From Saccostrea echinata (taxonomy: Eukaryota), in assembly GCF_033153115.1 (NCBI RefSeq), contig NW_026889758.1, forward strand, positions 36,580,001-36,644,000: a stretch of 64,000 nucleotides of DNA, given 5' to 3'. Of the stretch, positions 14,001-27,682 are shown piece after piece; position 1 is the first letter of the stretch, and each line of letters opens with the position of its first letter. The notes beneath the pieces are model-generated. The model was not told where the DNA came from. It saw only the letters and a list, made by a program, of their open reading frames with translations, and did no database searches. The position numbers and the translations under genes are program-made.

Positions 14001-16463
14001 CATATATAATAAATGCACATATAATGAGTAAACATATGGATCCTAAAAGGATTTAAATCTTAACGGACCGTAAAAAAATATTTGAGATATTTTTCCGATG
14101 GAAAATAATTCTACTTTTATTTTTAATCTTTTGCAACAGCAGCAGCTTACAGTCCTTTTCCAGGGTTGATGACAGCAGCAGACTTAGCACGCGCTGGACA
14201 AAAGCGGAAACGACGTCATAGAACGATATTCACGGAAGAGCAGTTGGAGGAACTAGAGAAGACATTCAACAAAACGCATTATCCGGATGTTCTGTTGAGG
14301 GAGGAACTGGCTATTAAAATAGATCTTAAAGAAGAACGAGTTGAGGTAATAATTGCTAGAAATTAATTTAAGGAATATAATAAAATTTAATTGAAAATTA
14401 ATTCTGTTTGGTATTATCTTTTCTAAATAAAGGGAATTTTTCGTATTGTAAATACAAAAATTTTGAAAATTTGTTGAACGGGGTTGTATCAGGAATTAAA
14501 AAACGATGAAATTTTTAACAATACAATGCACCAAACAACGACATAATGGAAAGCAAAATATCTAGAATAACATTGGTGCAATTTGTAATATGAAAATTAT
14601 TAAAGAAAAAGAAGAAAGAAAGAAATTCATGCCTTGAACCATATTTTAAAAATATATTTGAAACTATTACTAGAAAGAAAGTTTCTTTATGAAATATGAT
14701 AACATTTTTAGTGTGAATTTGATATTGGTCTTGCCTCTTCTATTATCGGCAATAAGACACTAGTCGCCTCTGTACACCTTTATCACTTTCCCACAAAATA
14801 GATATCGAGAAGTAGAAAAATCCCATAACTTCTACCCCAACTTTTCGCCCTCTGATCAAAAGGAAAAACTTTGAGACTTCATCAGATAACAGTGTAAATC
14901 AGTCAGTCATCATTTTCCAATAACGAATTTTATCACTCTGGTGTTTTCTTCTTCGGCTTTATCTTTTCTTTTTCTATTTTCCGAATTGAATTTCTGGGTT
15001 ATTTATTTAATAATATGTTCAAAGCGAGAAGAAAGATTAAAGATGATATCTGAGAAATTCAACGAACGCTTATCGGACCGGTCTCGCGTTCCTAAATTGG
15101 TCGTAAATGCCCAGAAACCTACAAAATCTTACGCAAATTTATTTATCAGTGTGCACCAACTCTATTTTATGTGTCAGGCGATTATTTTTTTAAATTATCA
15201 CCATGCATTTGTGATGTGCGTGCTTTAATGTGTTGTTAAATTGAAAGCAAACATGTAATATCTTTTTCTTAAAAGGAACTTAACACATTAAGAGTATTTA
15301 AGTCCAAACGTTACCGGAAGTTGTTTATATTCTGAACCAATGACGGAATTGTATTTTAATTACGGACCATCCTTTCTGCGAGTAATTTCGTAGCCTTAGA
15401 AAATGACGACAGCGAGGGACTATTTTCGCATACTTAAGCATACCAACTACAGATTTTATGGAAGCAGAAACGAGATCAAAGATAATAAGCCATAAAATTA
15501 CTTCATTGTTTATACAAAGGCGCAAAAGTGAGATTGTAGCGACAGCTATTCTTCGGCTTCTAATCCAAGTATTATTTTTCAAAGCAAAACCAGAAACGCA
15601 CTTTCCATGCGAGACATAAAGTTGAGAGTACATGCGTGATATTAGCACTATTGGTGTAAAACTTCCATCTCCTGTCAACGCGCGAGTCAATGATGTGAAA
15701 TCACTTCAAATAGAGGCACAAAACACGTGAACGCTACATGACACTGTTCTATCCCCGCATGGACCCTGTTTTTATCGCCAATACCAAAAAGTAAGATAAA
15801 AATCAGACTCAGAACTGCAAAGACACAAAAAGCCAGCGTCCCCAACGCCACGATCGATGCTTTTTCCCGTCACTAGATATTAATTCATTTAGTAGGAAAA
15901 TTTCATGAAATCTGCACGATCTGCAGATACTGGATGACACAAGTCATTCTTTATGCTGGCTGTATAAGCAACAATCCCTTTATTCCAAGCTTTAACATCG
16001 GCCATCAGATTACTATTATCCGTCTCCTAATGCAACTCTAACGTCAACGTAATCGTATTCAGACAATAAATTAAGGTCTCAGATCATAGAATTTGCTGCA
16101 TATCTGATTAGACAACTCATTTAATGATGTAAATATGTTTTGTTCCAGGTCTGGTTCAAAAACAGGAGAGCAAAGTGGAGAAAGGTAAAACGCGAGGAAG
16201 AAGCGGCAAAGAGAACAGCCGAATTGGGAAATACAGTTGAAGACAAAGAAAAATCGTCAAAAAAATCACTCGACAGTGAAACAAAGGATACAAACTCTGC
16301 GTATAGTGATTGTATGAGTGATAGAAGCACGGACTCTCCCAGAATAGACATTGAGGAAGATGACGCCGATCAGGTGTCTAGTAGCGCCAACGTGCTTGCG
16401 TCACCCTCGACTTCCGGTTCCGTTTCTAGTCACAGTGCTCTTACGTCACAAGAATCGCCATGA
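7854..16463 (+). CDS. gsc: Goosecoid homeobox gene, spliced CDS span (exons 7854-8046, 14140-14345, 16149-16463; about 237 aa)
   Basis: eh1/GEH motif FTIDNIL; homeodomain [46 protein letters not shown]|[12 protein letters not shown] with K50; intron between homeodomain residues 46 and 47, typical of the PRD class; GT-AG junctions with matching phases. Confidence 0.95.
13655..13987. mobile_element. Tc1/mariner-type MITE in gsc intron 1
   Basis: About 30-bp imperfect TIRs CAGGGTGTCCCAAAATATATGATACCATTT ... AAATGGTATCATATATTCTGGGATACCCTG; TA on the right flank, CA on the left. Confidence 0.8.
14140..14345 (+). CDS. gsc: gsc coding exon 2 (homeodomain helices 1-2); start ambiguous among 14140, 14143, 14146 and 14164
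   Basis: [34 protein letters not shown]...EERVE; donor GAG|GTAATA at 14346. Confidence 0.93.
16149..16463 (+). CDS. gsc: gsc coding exon 3 (recognition helix and Ser-rich C-terminus)
   Basis: Acceptor TTTTGTTCCAG| then [12 protein letters not shown]...SQESP; TGA at 16461-16463. Confidence 0.95.
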   Translation, partial: VWFKNRRAKWRKVKREEEAAKRTAELGNTVEDKEKSSKKSLDSETKDTNSAYSDCMSDRSTDSPRIDIEEDDADQVSSSANVLASPSTSGSVSSHSALTSQESP

Positions 16464-17111
16464 ACATTTGTAACACTTCTCAGTGTTGTTGTGTCATGTG
16501 ATTTTAAGCAGTGCATGCTCTAAATGCAACAATAGAAGAAAGACATTTCTTCCAGTCCTGCTCTTGGATGTTTTCGTGTAGCATTTCATGTTTACAAGTG
16601 CTTAAGAGTACAAAGATCTAACTTTCTAGATGAAAAAAGGGAAACAGAGCATGCTTTTAAAGTAAATCAGCTGTCGCCCACCTACCCCTTCAGGCTCAGT
16701 GAAGGCAAATTATGGAAAGACTTTTGAAAAAAAAATAATAATGCAGTTCTTACAGCTACAATGGATTCACTGATATTCAAGATAACTTTTCAATAGAAAG
16801 TTACTAAACACATATATTTTTAAAAAAGATTTGGATTTTAGTTATGTACTTAACATTTAGACACTGATAGAAAAGAATAGTAGAACCATTTCTATTTGTT
16901 TAATTTTTTCATTTTATTTTTAAATGTTTGACATTAATTTTCTTATCGGTAACATCATGAAATGTTAGTTTTTATAGTCACACGTAATGTTAGTAACTTC
17001 ATCTTATTTATTGACGTGTCTAAAACATTGTTTTTGATGTCGAACGAGGCCCACCGATATTATATTCTTTGTAAATATTTACATTTATAAATGAAATACG
17101 TATTCACAAGT

Positions 17112-17117
17112 AATAAA
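17112..17117 (+). terminator. Candidate gsc polyadenylation signal
   Basis: AATAAA about 650 nt after the stop, followed by a long T-rich tract (17140-17231). Confidence 0.4.
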
Positions 17118-20100
17118 TATAACGGGAAAAAATTTATCTGTTTTTTTTTCTATTTTCTTTTTTTTTTTTCCCTTACTGTCTTTCTTTCTTTTTTTTTCTT
17201 TTTCTTTCTTTTTTCTTTTTCTTTTTTTTTTGAACAAAGTAAAAAAAGAATACCTTCTTGGCAAGCCTGCTGTACATTGATGAGTTTTAATGAGGAAAAG
17301 ATTACTAGATAAACATAACCGTGTTCAATTTTCATTCGATAAGTATTGAAATCAAAATTCAAAGAACTAGGTTCACTTTATGCATAAAATGGCCCTGTCC
17401 TTATATCAATTAATTGACTATCACCCTCTGTCCTATTTCATATATCAAAATAAAGTAGAGACTTAGTGCTCTCATTTCCTATGACAAAATTTCTTTTTGA
17501 GAATACAGGTATAGGAAAATAGGCTTTATGAAAATGTAATGTTTTTGAATTTTGCAGAAAACAGGCGTATTTGACTACCTTCAGCAAAGAATTAGAATAT
17601 AAGCACAGCCCTCGATTAAAAAATTAAAACATGCTTTATTATCTTCAGAAACAGATCTTTCATTATGTAATTGGATATTTTGGATCAGAGGTTGTGCTCT
17701 CTATGAAATATTGAAAAAATACTTAAACTTTTGGCCATTTTTTTTTTAAATTACAGGATATGGTAAAAAAAAAGACACATTTCATGACGTTATAATGCAT
17801 TGACTAGAGAGAAAATTACGTCATGTTCAATACATACATAATCACCAAGGGTCCAAGTGATAAATACAGCATTCAACCAAAACTGAGCAGTTTCTATTTT
17901 TCAGAAATTCACAGGGCCAAAAAAGGCTCTAGGTTGCCCTTGCTCTTTGAACTAAACTACTGCGTGGTGACTTATAAGTAGATAGTATTATTGCCCCCCA
18001 CCCCCACCCCACTCACAATGAAATCAAGACTGTTTCAAAAAACTGTTGAAAAAAAAAAAAATAAATTTACAGTTCTCGAAACATGCTACAATAAATCATT
18101 CGTCGAAACTTTTATGATGAGTCATACTGACACAGATTCTGAAATCCATATTGATACCACACAAGAAATTTTTTTCTTATCTAAATCTTTTTTTTTCAAA
18201 AGCTTAATATTATACGCAAGAAATCGAGTTTACTAAAATAAAGAGTATACAAAACAAAAATGACAAGAAATAAGTCTTAGATTTATTTTTCATTTTCAAT
18301 AAAAAATAAGCGTAAATAATTGGAAAAAAATCATTTCTTGAAAGCGGACGGATAACATTCTACAATTAGAATGTATCTTAATATGTTAGCAAAGTGAAAT
18401 AAACAAATTGAAAAAAATATATACATGTCGGCCTATATATAAATGGAAAATATCAGATACATTTAAAAAAAATTTAATTAAAAGATCAGAACGGAAGAGT
18501 TATCCTTCTTTTTTTTAAGGGTGGAAAAAACCTGGATGCTATTTCAGAAATGATGAGCATTTTTCCCCAAACTTAAAAAAAATCGCCTTTTTTCAGTGGT
18601 ATAGTTTTCAACAATGAACTGTTTTGAAAACTGTGCATGGACAATCGCTTTACAAGACGTGTCTCCTTCAGAGCAATTGCATTCACCTAAAAGTTTTGGG
18701 ACTGTATAAAACATTTAGTTGATCTGTGACTAAACATTTACTTCTTGAATTAAATAACAAAGAAGACCAGCTCTGGTTAACGTGATAATTGACTGGTCAT
18801 AATTCAGCACTCATGCAAATCAATACAATACTTCAAACGGAAATACGTCATAACGTAGAGGTATCCCATTCTACATGTACCTTAAACTTTTATGTACCGC
18901 GATGAGGTGAGACACCAGTATATATCTTGTTTCTCCAAAGGTACCAACGTCAACACTTTCTGCATTTTTTCTCAAAATACACCATCTGATTACCATGACC
19001 TACAAAGTATGTTCAATCATGCAGTGAAGAATATTGTTTTTCAAAAATTCTGCTTCGATAGCAGTAGCCAAATAATAAACAATGACATTAAACAAATCTG
19101 CCTGCGAGGAATATCACACATGTTTATAATTCATTCACCATGTAGTCGAAGCACAATGCAGTTTGTTACAATTCGCGGCAATACAGGTTATATATCATTG
19201 ATAGTTTACAAGTTTTGGAAAAAATAAGACTTTAATTTGTGTACATGCATATGACGCTGGCTAAAGGAAAAGTCATTGTAGGGATGTGTAGCGGTTACGT
19301 ATACATAAATGTAACTCTGACCTGGGATGTAATTGGAAAAATGGCTTTTTTCGTTTTCCGAGTTTCTGCTTTAAGACTCGTGTTCTCTATTTGAATTTTG
19401 TGGTTTAAAAGTAGCTGATGACCTATATGTCAAACAAAAGATGTGAAAGGCTTTTCAAGACGGAATTCGATGTAAAAATAATTAATGTGTAAAAGTATCT
19501 ATACCTACCAAAAACATTAGTTATTGCCTACACTGCGACATTGAATAATCGTATCAACTTGTCTGAATTTTGCACTACCTTAATTTAAATGTATAGTGTT
19601 ATGATTTTTAAACTTAAACAAATAAAGACGGTGTCTATAATTTCAACTACATTTACTTTACTGAAGGGCAATATCAAAGTACTTAGCATTTAAGGTAGTA
19701 CACAATAGATACGCCAAATTTTTCCTCAAATTCAACTTTTTTTGAAACTTTGATATTTTGTTCTAAAATATCTCTTTATATATGATTTAAAAAAAATTCA
19801 ACCGCACAATTATTTGAAATGGCCTATCTGCCCCTGTAAGAAGATTTTGAAATCAGACTTTGCACTTTAGAATATGCATTTTTTAAAAAATCACTGTTGC
19901 ATCACCTGCAAATTTGAAATGCTTTTTATAAATACAACCTTTCTGTAACTAAATTTCAGTAAATTATATTGATACTGGTATATTTGAGTAAAATATGATT
20001 AAAAAAATAAAACATATATAGCCTAGAAATTCACATGTATGTTACACTTTAAGTTCTCTTAAGAGAAAATGTATAATTCAACATGTACAAAAAAATTAAC

Positions 20101-20198
20101 AGAATGATTGAAATGGAACCCAGATTAAAATTTGTCAGAATGAGGATTATTGAAGAGACAGTTTCAGATATTTTTGAGATTAAAAAAAAATATTCAAT

Positions 20199-20240
<42 letters not shown>

Positions 20241-20569
20241 AAGAATCAGTAGAGGACGTCACGATACTTTTATCTTTGACATCTAAATATGTCCTAAACC
20301 TTTATTGTGTATAAAGAATAGAGACTCCTTGTAAATATGTCCAAATATCAGGTCTCTTCTAAAAATGGATCAAAAATTACTTTGCATTTAATAACAGACT
20401 GTCATATTGCATATAGATGGTATAAACACATTTTAAAATGTAGGCTCTCATATTCACCAATATATGACTAAAAAAGTTTTGATCATCACATTTTTATGAC
20501 ACTGGTTTTATCAGAGCATATTCAACTGCATGAAAATTTAAAAGGAAATTTATTCATTAAAAGAATTTT

Positions 20570-21075
20570 GAAGATAACGAACAGTAAGCAACCTCATGAG
20601 TCCATTGGAACAACACAAACTGGGAGCAGAACAAACAAAGACTTCCAAAAACACCAGAGGTGGGATCAGGTGCCATGGAGGAGGAGTCGAACGGTCACAC
20701 CCGCCGTGCCTTGTCATGATCGGGCAAACGGAAAAATCTGTAGAAAATTCAGTGTGAAATTAATGGCCTAATAATTTGAGTGAAAAAAGTCAGTCAACAT
20801 TCGACTTAACGAGATATTTTACTTGCTTACAAGGTCATTGTATCTGTTGTTACTATTTTTCTATCATTAACTTATTTGTCAATAGCTTGCATCGTTTCAG
20901 AAATTGTTCATGCTCTTGCGTATCGAATCAACTAGGAGACATAAAGTCCACATGCAGGTGATAATGGTAAATTGTTACATGAATAAGGAAGGTTGACGAT
21001 AGAAAAGTTGAAGTCATCACGTTTATCATAAAGTTTTTGTGTTAGTTCGCCATCAATGTCTTTCTCTAGTAAAAT
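20570..21075 (+). repeat. Interspersed repeat family A, copy 1
   Basis: GAAGATAACGAACAG...ACCAGAGGTGGGATCAGGTGCC..GGAGGAG...GTCACACCCGCC, shared with four other copies. Confidence 0.8.
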
Positions 21076-24000
21076 AATATAAACACATGATGTGTCAGAC
21101 TCTGCGGTGTCTTTTATTTTGAGTTAAAAGGGATATATTGAATCAACGAAGGAATGAAATTGAGTATCATTAATTGATAAAACGTCGTCGTGACCAGCAA
21201 ACTACATTAGTTAATCTACATAATATAAAAGGAGCTAGACGTGTATAAATCAGGGATGTAGCCACCGTAAGGCACAGGAGCTACACGCACTTTATGATAT
21301 ACATCTACAAGTAACCTTTAAATCTATCATAATACTATAACAAGGGTTACAACTCTTGTACAGGCAAGAATCGAAGTCTTTCTTGAAATGAAATTTATTC
21401 AGCATAAAAGCTGAATGAATTTCCTGTAAGCAGGCAATGTTAAAGTTCTCCCTTAAAGTAAAATAAAGTTATTGAAAGGAGAACTTAAACTTCTGCTGAA
21501 TATTCGTTAGTCGGACATTTAGCCAAGTATCAATTTTTTGCAGAAAAATAGATTATGTATCCATCATGAACCGGTCTATGTGACAGCTTTTTGTGCAGTG
21601 AGATGATCACAGAGGGAAATTGAAAGCAAAATGGGGTATTCGGGTAATTGCCCGACGAACATTTTAATTTAAGTACTTATTGCATTTTCCCCTTCATTTT
21701 CTAAGCTAGGATTTTGACATAGCTGCTTACAAGAAATTAACGCAGCTCTCAACGTGTTCAAATTTTATTTCAAAATATTGTGCAAGAGATGTTACCCTTG
21801 TTTTATATAAATGTAAGGAAGTACATAGTGTTGCTCAGCGCGTTCAGCCCTTACTCCCTGACGTACACATGTCGGTATGCATTACTCCTCCCAGCGCCTC
21901 AAAATTGTAGTCCTAATCATTGCGTATAATATTGAAAAAGATATAATTACACCTCATGTCTGAGCCATGAGAGGTAAACTTCCTTGAGAGGCATAATAAT
22001 AATAAAAAATATCACAGCAAAACAAAATAAGTCATTGTATTAATGCACTGAAGTTCAAATTATGGAGTAATTTCTTTGGCATCGAATAATTCCCATTTAA
22101 TTGGTTTTAAAGAATGTAACTTACGGGCTAACATCTCCCTGTGATTTGCATTCCAAATTATCATGTTCCTAGGCTTTAGTGTTATGTCCTTTTTCTGGCC
22201 ATCTTATTTGTTTTTGATGCATAAACTGTTATGATGATGAGAGAAAAATCAAATTACATTAAGTGACAAAATTAGAAAATTCATTTCCTTTAGGAATTAC
22301 TGCAAAAGACATTCAGTTATTCTTTTTAGTTTTTGTTTTATCTAATCGGGGACGTCGCCTGCTGTACGATTATCAAGAAATTTATCAATCTGCCCAATCG
22401 TCACGATATACCAGAAAAAGGAAGCGCATAAACTGGCGACCACCGGACGTTTGTCATCGTCTGTCAGCGAATCGTTTGAAGTAACGCCAGTGCACGAGAC
22501 TCAGTGGTCACGTGATCTAGTATTGTTGATCTTTGCTGCGTTTTTAGCCATTTAGAATGAGGATTTTATAGCAAATAGCGTAATTATATTATTACAGATA
22601 TAAAATTAACGGAAGACGACTGGTATGTTTGATGAAAAGAGAAGCAATGAACTTTCAACTGAGGGGAAATCTTGAGAAACAAATCAAATGATAATGGAGC
22701 ATCTAATGGATAAATAGGTCGTTAAAAGGTGTGTAGTGATAAACTGCTGAATCATTTTCAAGAGCTTGTATAACCGTGATTAAAGCTTTATGACTGGGTT
22801 AGAAACGATGGCTAAAATAATCTAAAGGAAAAGGATTTCATGAAAGGAAAAAAAATTGAATTGCAATTGTTCTAAGAAAAATTTGGCACAATTAGCTCTA
22901 GATGATATCAGTCGATTCAACGAAGAACATTGAATAAAACTTTTTCTTTAATTTTTCTTGCATAAAGTTTAGTCAAGAAGAAACGATTGATGGAGCTGTT
23001 TAATCAGAAACAGACCTATGCATTAATAAATAATTAATGAAATGATTCAATTTATTTTGTGAAAAATATGGTTCATGCAAGAAAATTTGTAATATACATG
23101 GGATTTCATAATCAATTTCAAGAACAATACAGATTCCATTAGGAATTTCTTTCATCCTACTGCTCTAAGACAGAATTGCATTGCAACTCGTATGGCGTAT
23201 CCCTTTTATGGACTTTTATCATAAAAATCTAGTCGGCATTACGGAATATATCGTTGGATTTCGTGCTAACATCCCACGACTTAATTCTCCGTACATATCA
23301 ATATTTAAAACACTAGGACGAAGCAGATGAGCGTGCTGGCCTAGCGTGAAAAACTATCATTATATAATAAAGTCATTTTGTTTTGATCAAATATCGTTGA
23401 TACATCACAGATTGGGGTCTCTCGGGAAACTTTATACATGGTAAAGTTATCTTATACATAGAAGTTACTGTTTTAACATGTTCTAACATTCATTAATTAA
23501 TATCTCATCTTCTACAGAAGTTTTAAGATATCTCTTGTTTTGTATCTCTTTGCCTGACACTCTCGAGATCGGTCCGTGTTAGTATCGTCTCATCCATTCA
23601 CGATATGATAAATTTCTATGATTTCTACAGACAGTAACTTGATTACAAATATGTTAGATGCCTATTTATCTATAATTAACAAGTTTAATGGCTTCGTAGT
23701 CGGTGTAATTTTGTTTTTCAGGGATCTGGATCGTACCTATATATTTCCATTAATCATACGTCTGCCATACTTTGTATATTAATTGACCTCCCTGTTTGGG
23801 CTCTGGAGTATAAGAAACAATTTGTTTCTTACTCATATGTCCTCTGTATTCAATTATAAATAAGATTCTGTAATAAAACATGTCTGAAAAAATGAGGGTT
23901 GTGCACGAAGATCCAGCCAATACATAAAAGAAATTTGCGAAATATTTCACACAGTAGAATTATTGAGCATTTATAAAGGATTTGATAATTGAGTATAATT

Positions 24001-24364
24001 CATTCATGAAGTCTCCAAACATTTTTTCCTATACCAACCAACTTGCACGTCTTTTCAGTGAAGCGAATCATAAACTTCCCATAAAGGAATTGAATCATGC
24101 ATCTTTATCCCTGTGTGATTAAAAAATTTTAAAAACCGATAAATCAATTAAATTTCTCTTTGTTTTATTTTGGGAAAAAGATAAATAATGAAAAACTTTG
24201 TGAAGCTCAACATCTGCATATTATCTTAAAAATTAGGAATTTTCCGTTTTATTGACATTTCAAAATAATCTCGCGCGAAATGTTATATTATGAATCTAAG
24301 CTACTGCTTTGTACAATGTTTTAAAGGCCAAAGTCGGTTTTAATAAACGATTGTTTTATTGGCC

Positions 24365-24482
24365 TGAAGACATGAATCTTACCTGAGGAGAGGTAGAAAG
24401 GATAACCAAGAACAGAGAAGAATGGAAATCCCTAGTCCTTGCCCTATGTGCCTCCGGGTGCAACAAGGACTAGGTAGGTTAG
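24365..24482 (+). mobile_element. 5'-truncated RTE-clade LINE 3' end
   Basis: Translates MNLT*GEVERITKNREEWKSLVLALCASGCNKD* (RTE-like C-terminus), short TAGG tail, 9-bp TSD TTATTGGCC (24356-24364 and 24483-24491). Confidence 0.75.
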
Positions 24483-24891
24483 TTATTGGCCGAATTTAAA
24501 AAAATATGATACACACTTGCAAAAATTGTCCAGGAACTAAATCAAAAATAATGCATCACTTAAAGGACTTTACCAGTCAAATGCTGATTAACCATACATT
24601 ACGTTAAAGGTTCTGATATTTGAAACATTAAGGGGTGTCTTCCATCTTTGAAACCTAAGACAAAATACACTGCCTTTATATCTGTTTACCAGTTCTTCAA
24701 TTTTTTTTTTAAACTTTTAGCATTTCTTAGCTGTTCATTTGATAGCAATTTAAAAAAAAACAATCATGCTTTTAGAGTAGACAGCTCGGAATATGATTTT
24801 GGATCTGGAAGAAATAAAAATCTCGGACTCGATGATCGAAAGAGAAAGAGACCGCTAAGATTCACCTGCTGGTTTGGTTTGAACATATTGT

Positions 24892-25094
24892 ATTGTTAAG
24901 ATGTCAAAACAAAAGGATCGGACACAAGTTCTTAAAACTTGAAAATTCCTATCCTTTATAGCAATTAATTACTCAAAATAATGTTCAAAAAATTGTTAAG
25001 ATGTTAAAACAAAAGGATGGGACACAAGTTCTTAAAACTTAGAACCTCCTATCCTTTATAACAATTAATTACTAAAAATAATGTTCAAAAAATT
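24892..25094. repeat. 100-bp tandem duplication
   Basis: ATTGTTAAGATGT.AAAACAAAAGGAT... at 24892 and 24992. Confidence 0.9.
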
Positions 25095-25334
25095 AACTAA
25101 CTGGAACCAAAGGTCAGTATAATTATCTGCTTTTATAGACTATGTATGTACAAAAATGATTTCATGCAGTATGTACAAATGAATCTAAATATATAAATTT
25201 CAAAACGACCATACCTGCTGGTCTTCATATGTAGTAGGAAGGACACGTATCGTGGAAAGAGAAGAATGAAGAGGATAACAAACCATGAGGTTAGAAATTT
25301 AATTGATAGTTAAATAATTTCGCAAAAGATGCAG

Positions 25335-26135
25335 ATATTTAGTACCCGGTAGGCTCTGTACATCTATTTTACACACGTCCCTGAAAGCTGAGTTTGGGGG
25401 ACAAAACCTTCAAAATAATGCAATCTTCAAAAATCTTCTTTATTCGTAATCGTTTTGAAGGCAATCTGTTTGCTTAATTATAATTAGCTCTTACCTCTCT
25501 GCCAAAATTGTAAATTTCATGCCCTCTAACCCCAAATTCAGGTCTTAATGGTAAGAGTCAGGTGGTCATATATTGAAAATACGTTACACCCTGAAAGTCT
25601 TATTCTTCACTCACGGACATCTAACGGGCAAAGTATTTGCATGATTACATTGATTGTATGACCTTTACCTAAATTGTAAATTTCATTGCCCCATTGACTC
25701 ATAGGTCAAGGATTCAGGCCCCAGAATGGGATTTAGTTGCAGCAAGATTGTAAAATTCATATCCCTTGGGTCCTAAACTCAGACTCCAGGGCGTGACTAA
25801 GTTGGTATTACATGTACATTTTTTGTATATTGATTTTTTTTTGAAGTATATAAAATACTTGTACTTTTGAAAATTGTATGCATTACTGAACATTTAGCAA
25901 GAAAGCTTTATGCATGATGACAGCAAGCTCTTTGCCCTCTAGTAAAATTTGAAATGTGTGTCCCCTAGTGCTTGAGTTCCAGACTGGGGCTAAATTTCTA
26001 ATATATGTTTTAATTATCTTAGGCATTAGGCATGTGGAACAAACTTTACAAATATGATGATGATTCTATATAGTTTAAGTTCAAGAAGGGATCAAGAGGT
26101 CATATCATGATAAACTCGTGACCATCAAGGCCTAT
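25335..26135. mobile_element. Decayed Helentron/HINE-like relic
   Basis: Recurrent degenerate AAATTGTAAATTTCATG-like and AAAATCTTCTT motifs and a GTGACCATCAAGGCC end resembling the intact HINEs; boundaries approximate. Confidence 0.45.
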
Positions 26136-27034
26136 ATATGGATATATCTTTTTATGTATTTTTTCTCTGTTTTAGCTGTTATTTCAAAAGTGTACATGTT
26201 ATTCGCATATGATTTTTTGCCACAAACCTAAAAAAAATGATTTTCTGACAGGTCACAAGTAATTATTTTAATGTGTAGATTTTCCTTGTAGTTCCTAAAT
26301 AAACCTTTTAGAATAATCCATAAGTGTTTATGGTATGTCCATGAAATTTTAGATATTATTAATATATTTTATTTATATTTTATTTATCATTACACTTAAT
26401 TAAGTATGTATATTCAATTGTTTTTCAATGCTTGATTTTTGGCAGTCCATTCCATTAACGGAATTGCTCTTGTCAAGAATTCCTTGCGTGAACCATTTCA
26501 TAGGAGTTTTCAAACAGTTTTACATTTTATATCAGGTAGTATGTTTTAACTTATTCTATGAATATTTATCATTTAACATCAGTTTTTAAACACTTCACAT
26601 GCATGCTAAATTACATAACAGTTCAAGACAAACCCATTTAAATACCTGCATTATGCAGATCTATTTAAGCTACAGAACAGCTGTCAACTGGAATGCCTTT
26701 ATTCAAATTAGTTATTTTAATACAGATAGTGAATGTGACTGCTAAATAAGAGGGTTAAAGAACAGCTAAAGAGCAACTGTTTATGGAAAACTGGAAAGGT
26801 TAAAAAACAAAAGTTTATCTATTTTGACTTTAGCTTTTAAAAAAGGAGGTTCTGCAGGCTTGATCAAAATCCATTATTCTACCATGAGATAGCTGTATCC
26901 AAAGCACGATTATCGTTAGTTTGTAATATAAACATGCTATTGGAAACTATCAGTTTGAGGTAGGGAGGGGAAGTAATTCTTAAATTAAGGAAGCATGTAC
27001 ATGTAGTTTGTCTTGATAGTCCTTGGACTACATG

Positions 27035-27254
27035 TATGAAATGAAATTGATAGCTAAGAAAGACACTACGTTTATTTAGGATATAAAATTATTCTTCAAA
27101 CTTTGATTCATTGATTAGAATAGACTTAATGGTCCTGCAATTAAACTATGAAATGAAATTAATAGCTAGGAAAGAAACTACTACTATCTACGATTTAAAA
27201 TTATTCTTCAAACAGTGATTCCTTGATGAGAATAGACTTACGGCCCTGCAATTA
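27035..27254. repeat. ~112-bp diverged tandem duplication
   Basis: TATGAAATGAAATT...AGAATAGACTTA.GG.CCTGCAATTA at 27035 and 27147. Confidence 0.85.
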
Positions 27255-27471
27255 TCATCCTATTGCAATACATCACAGGATATCCACTGATGAACGCAGT
27301 AGAAGGAATCATGTATTGCTTCATTTCCTATTTTTAAAGAAAGAAGTTGTAAGTATTACGTAAGAAAAGATGCATATTTTGCTATAAAAAGAATATTGTT
27401 GAATGACATATATGGATATTTATACATCTATGATTTTTATGCATGCTGAATATAGTTGTACATATATACAT

Positions 27472-27636
27472 GTTAATTCGGTATCTCGAACACGTATATC
27501 TCGGATACCATGGATATGTCGAAGTGACTGGGAAGTCCTTACAAAGTATTTCTTAAGTATTTCACCCTTGATATCTCGACCCTCGGATATCTCGAAGTTT
27601 TTTTTTCGGTCCCATCGAGTTCATAACGAAGTTTGA

Positions 27637-27640
<4 letters not shown>
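27472..27640. mobile_element. Degenerate MITE with repeated TATCTCG motifs, followed by (TA)n
   Basis: Several ATATCTCG/TATCTCGAA repeats and a CGAAGTTTGAC end. Confidence 0.45.

Positions 27641-27682
<42 letters not shown>

Noticed and set aside
15325-15690. 121-aa antisense ORF in gsc intron 2
   Set aside because: Non-ATG start and no recognisable motif; CpG-rich context suggests a transposon relic or chance ORF.
27286-27310. Hammerhead ribozyme core (CTGATGA)
   Set aside because: No stem II followed by GAAA and no closing stems; the other CTGATGA hits I checked fail in the same way.
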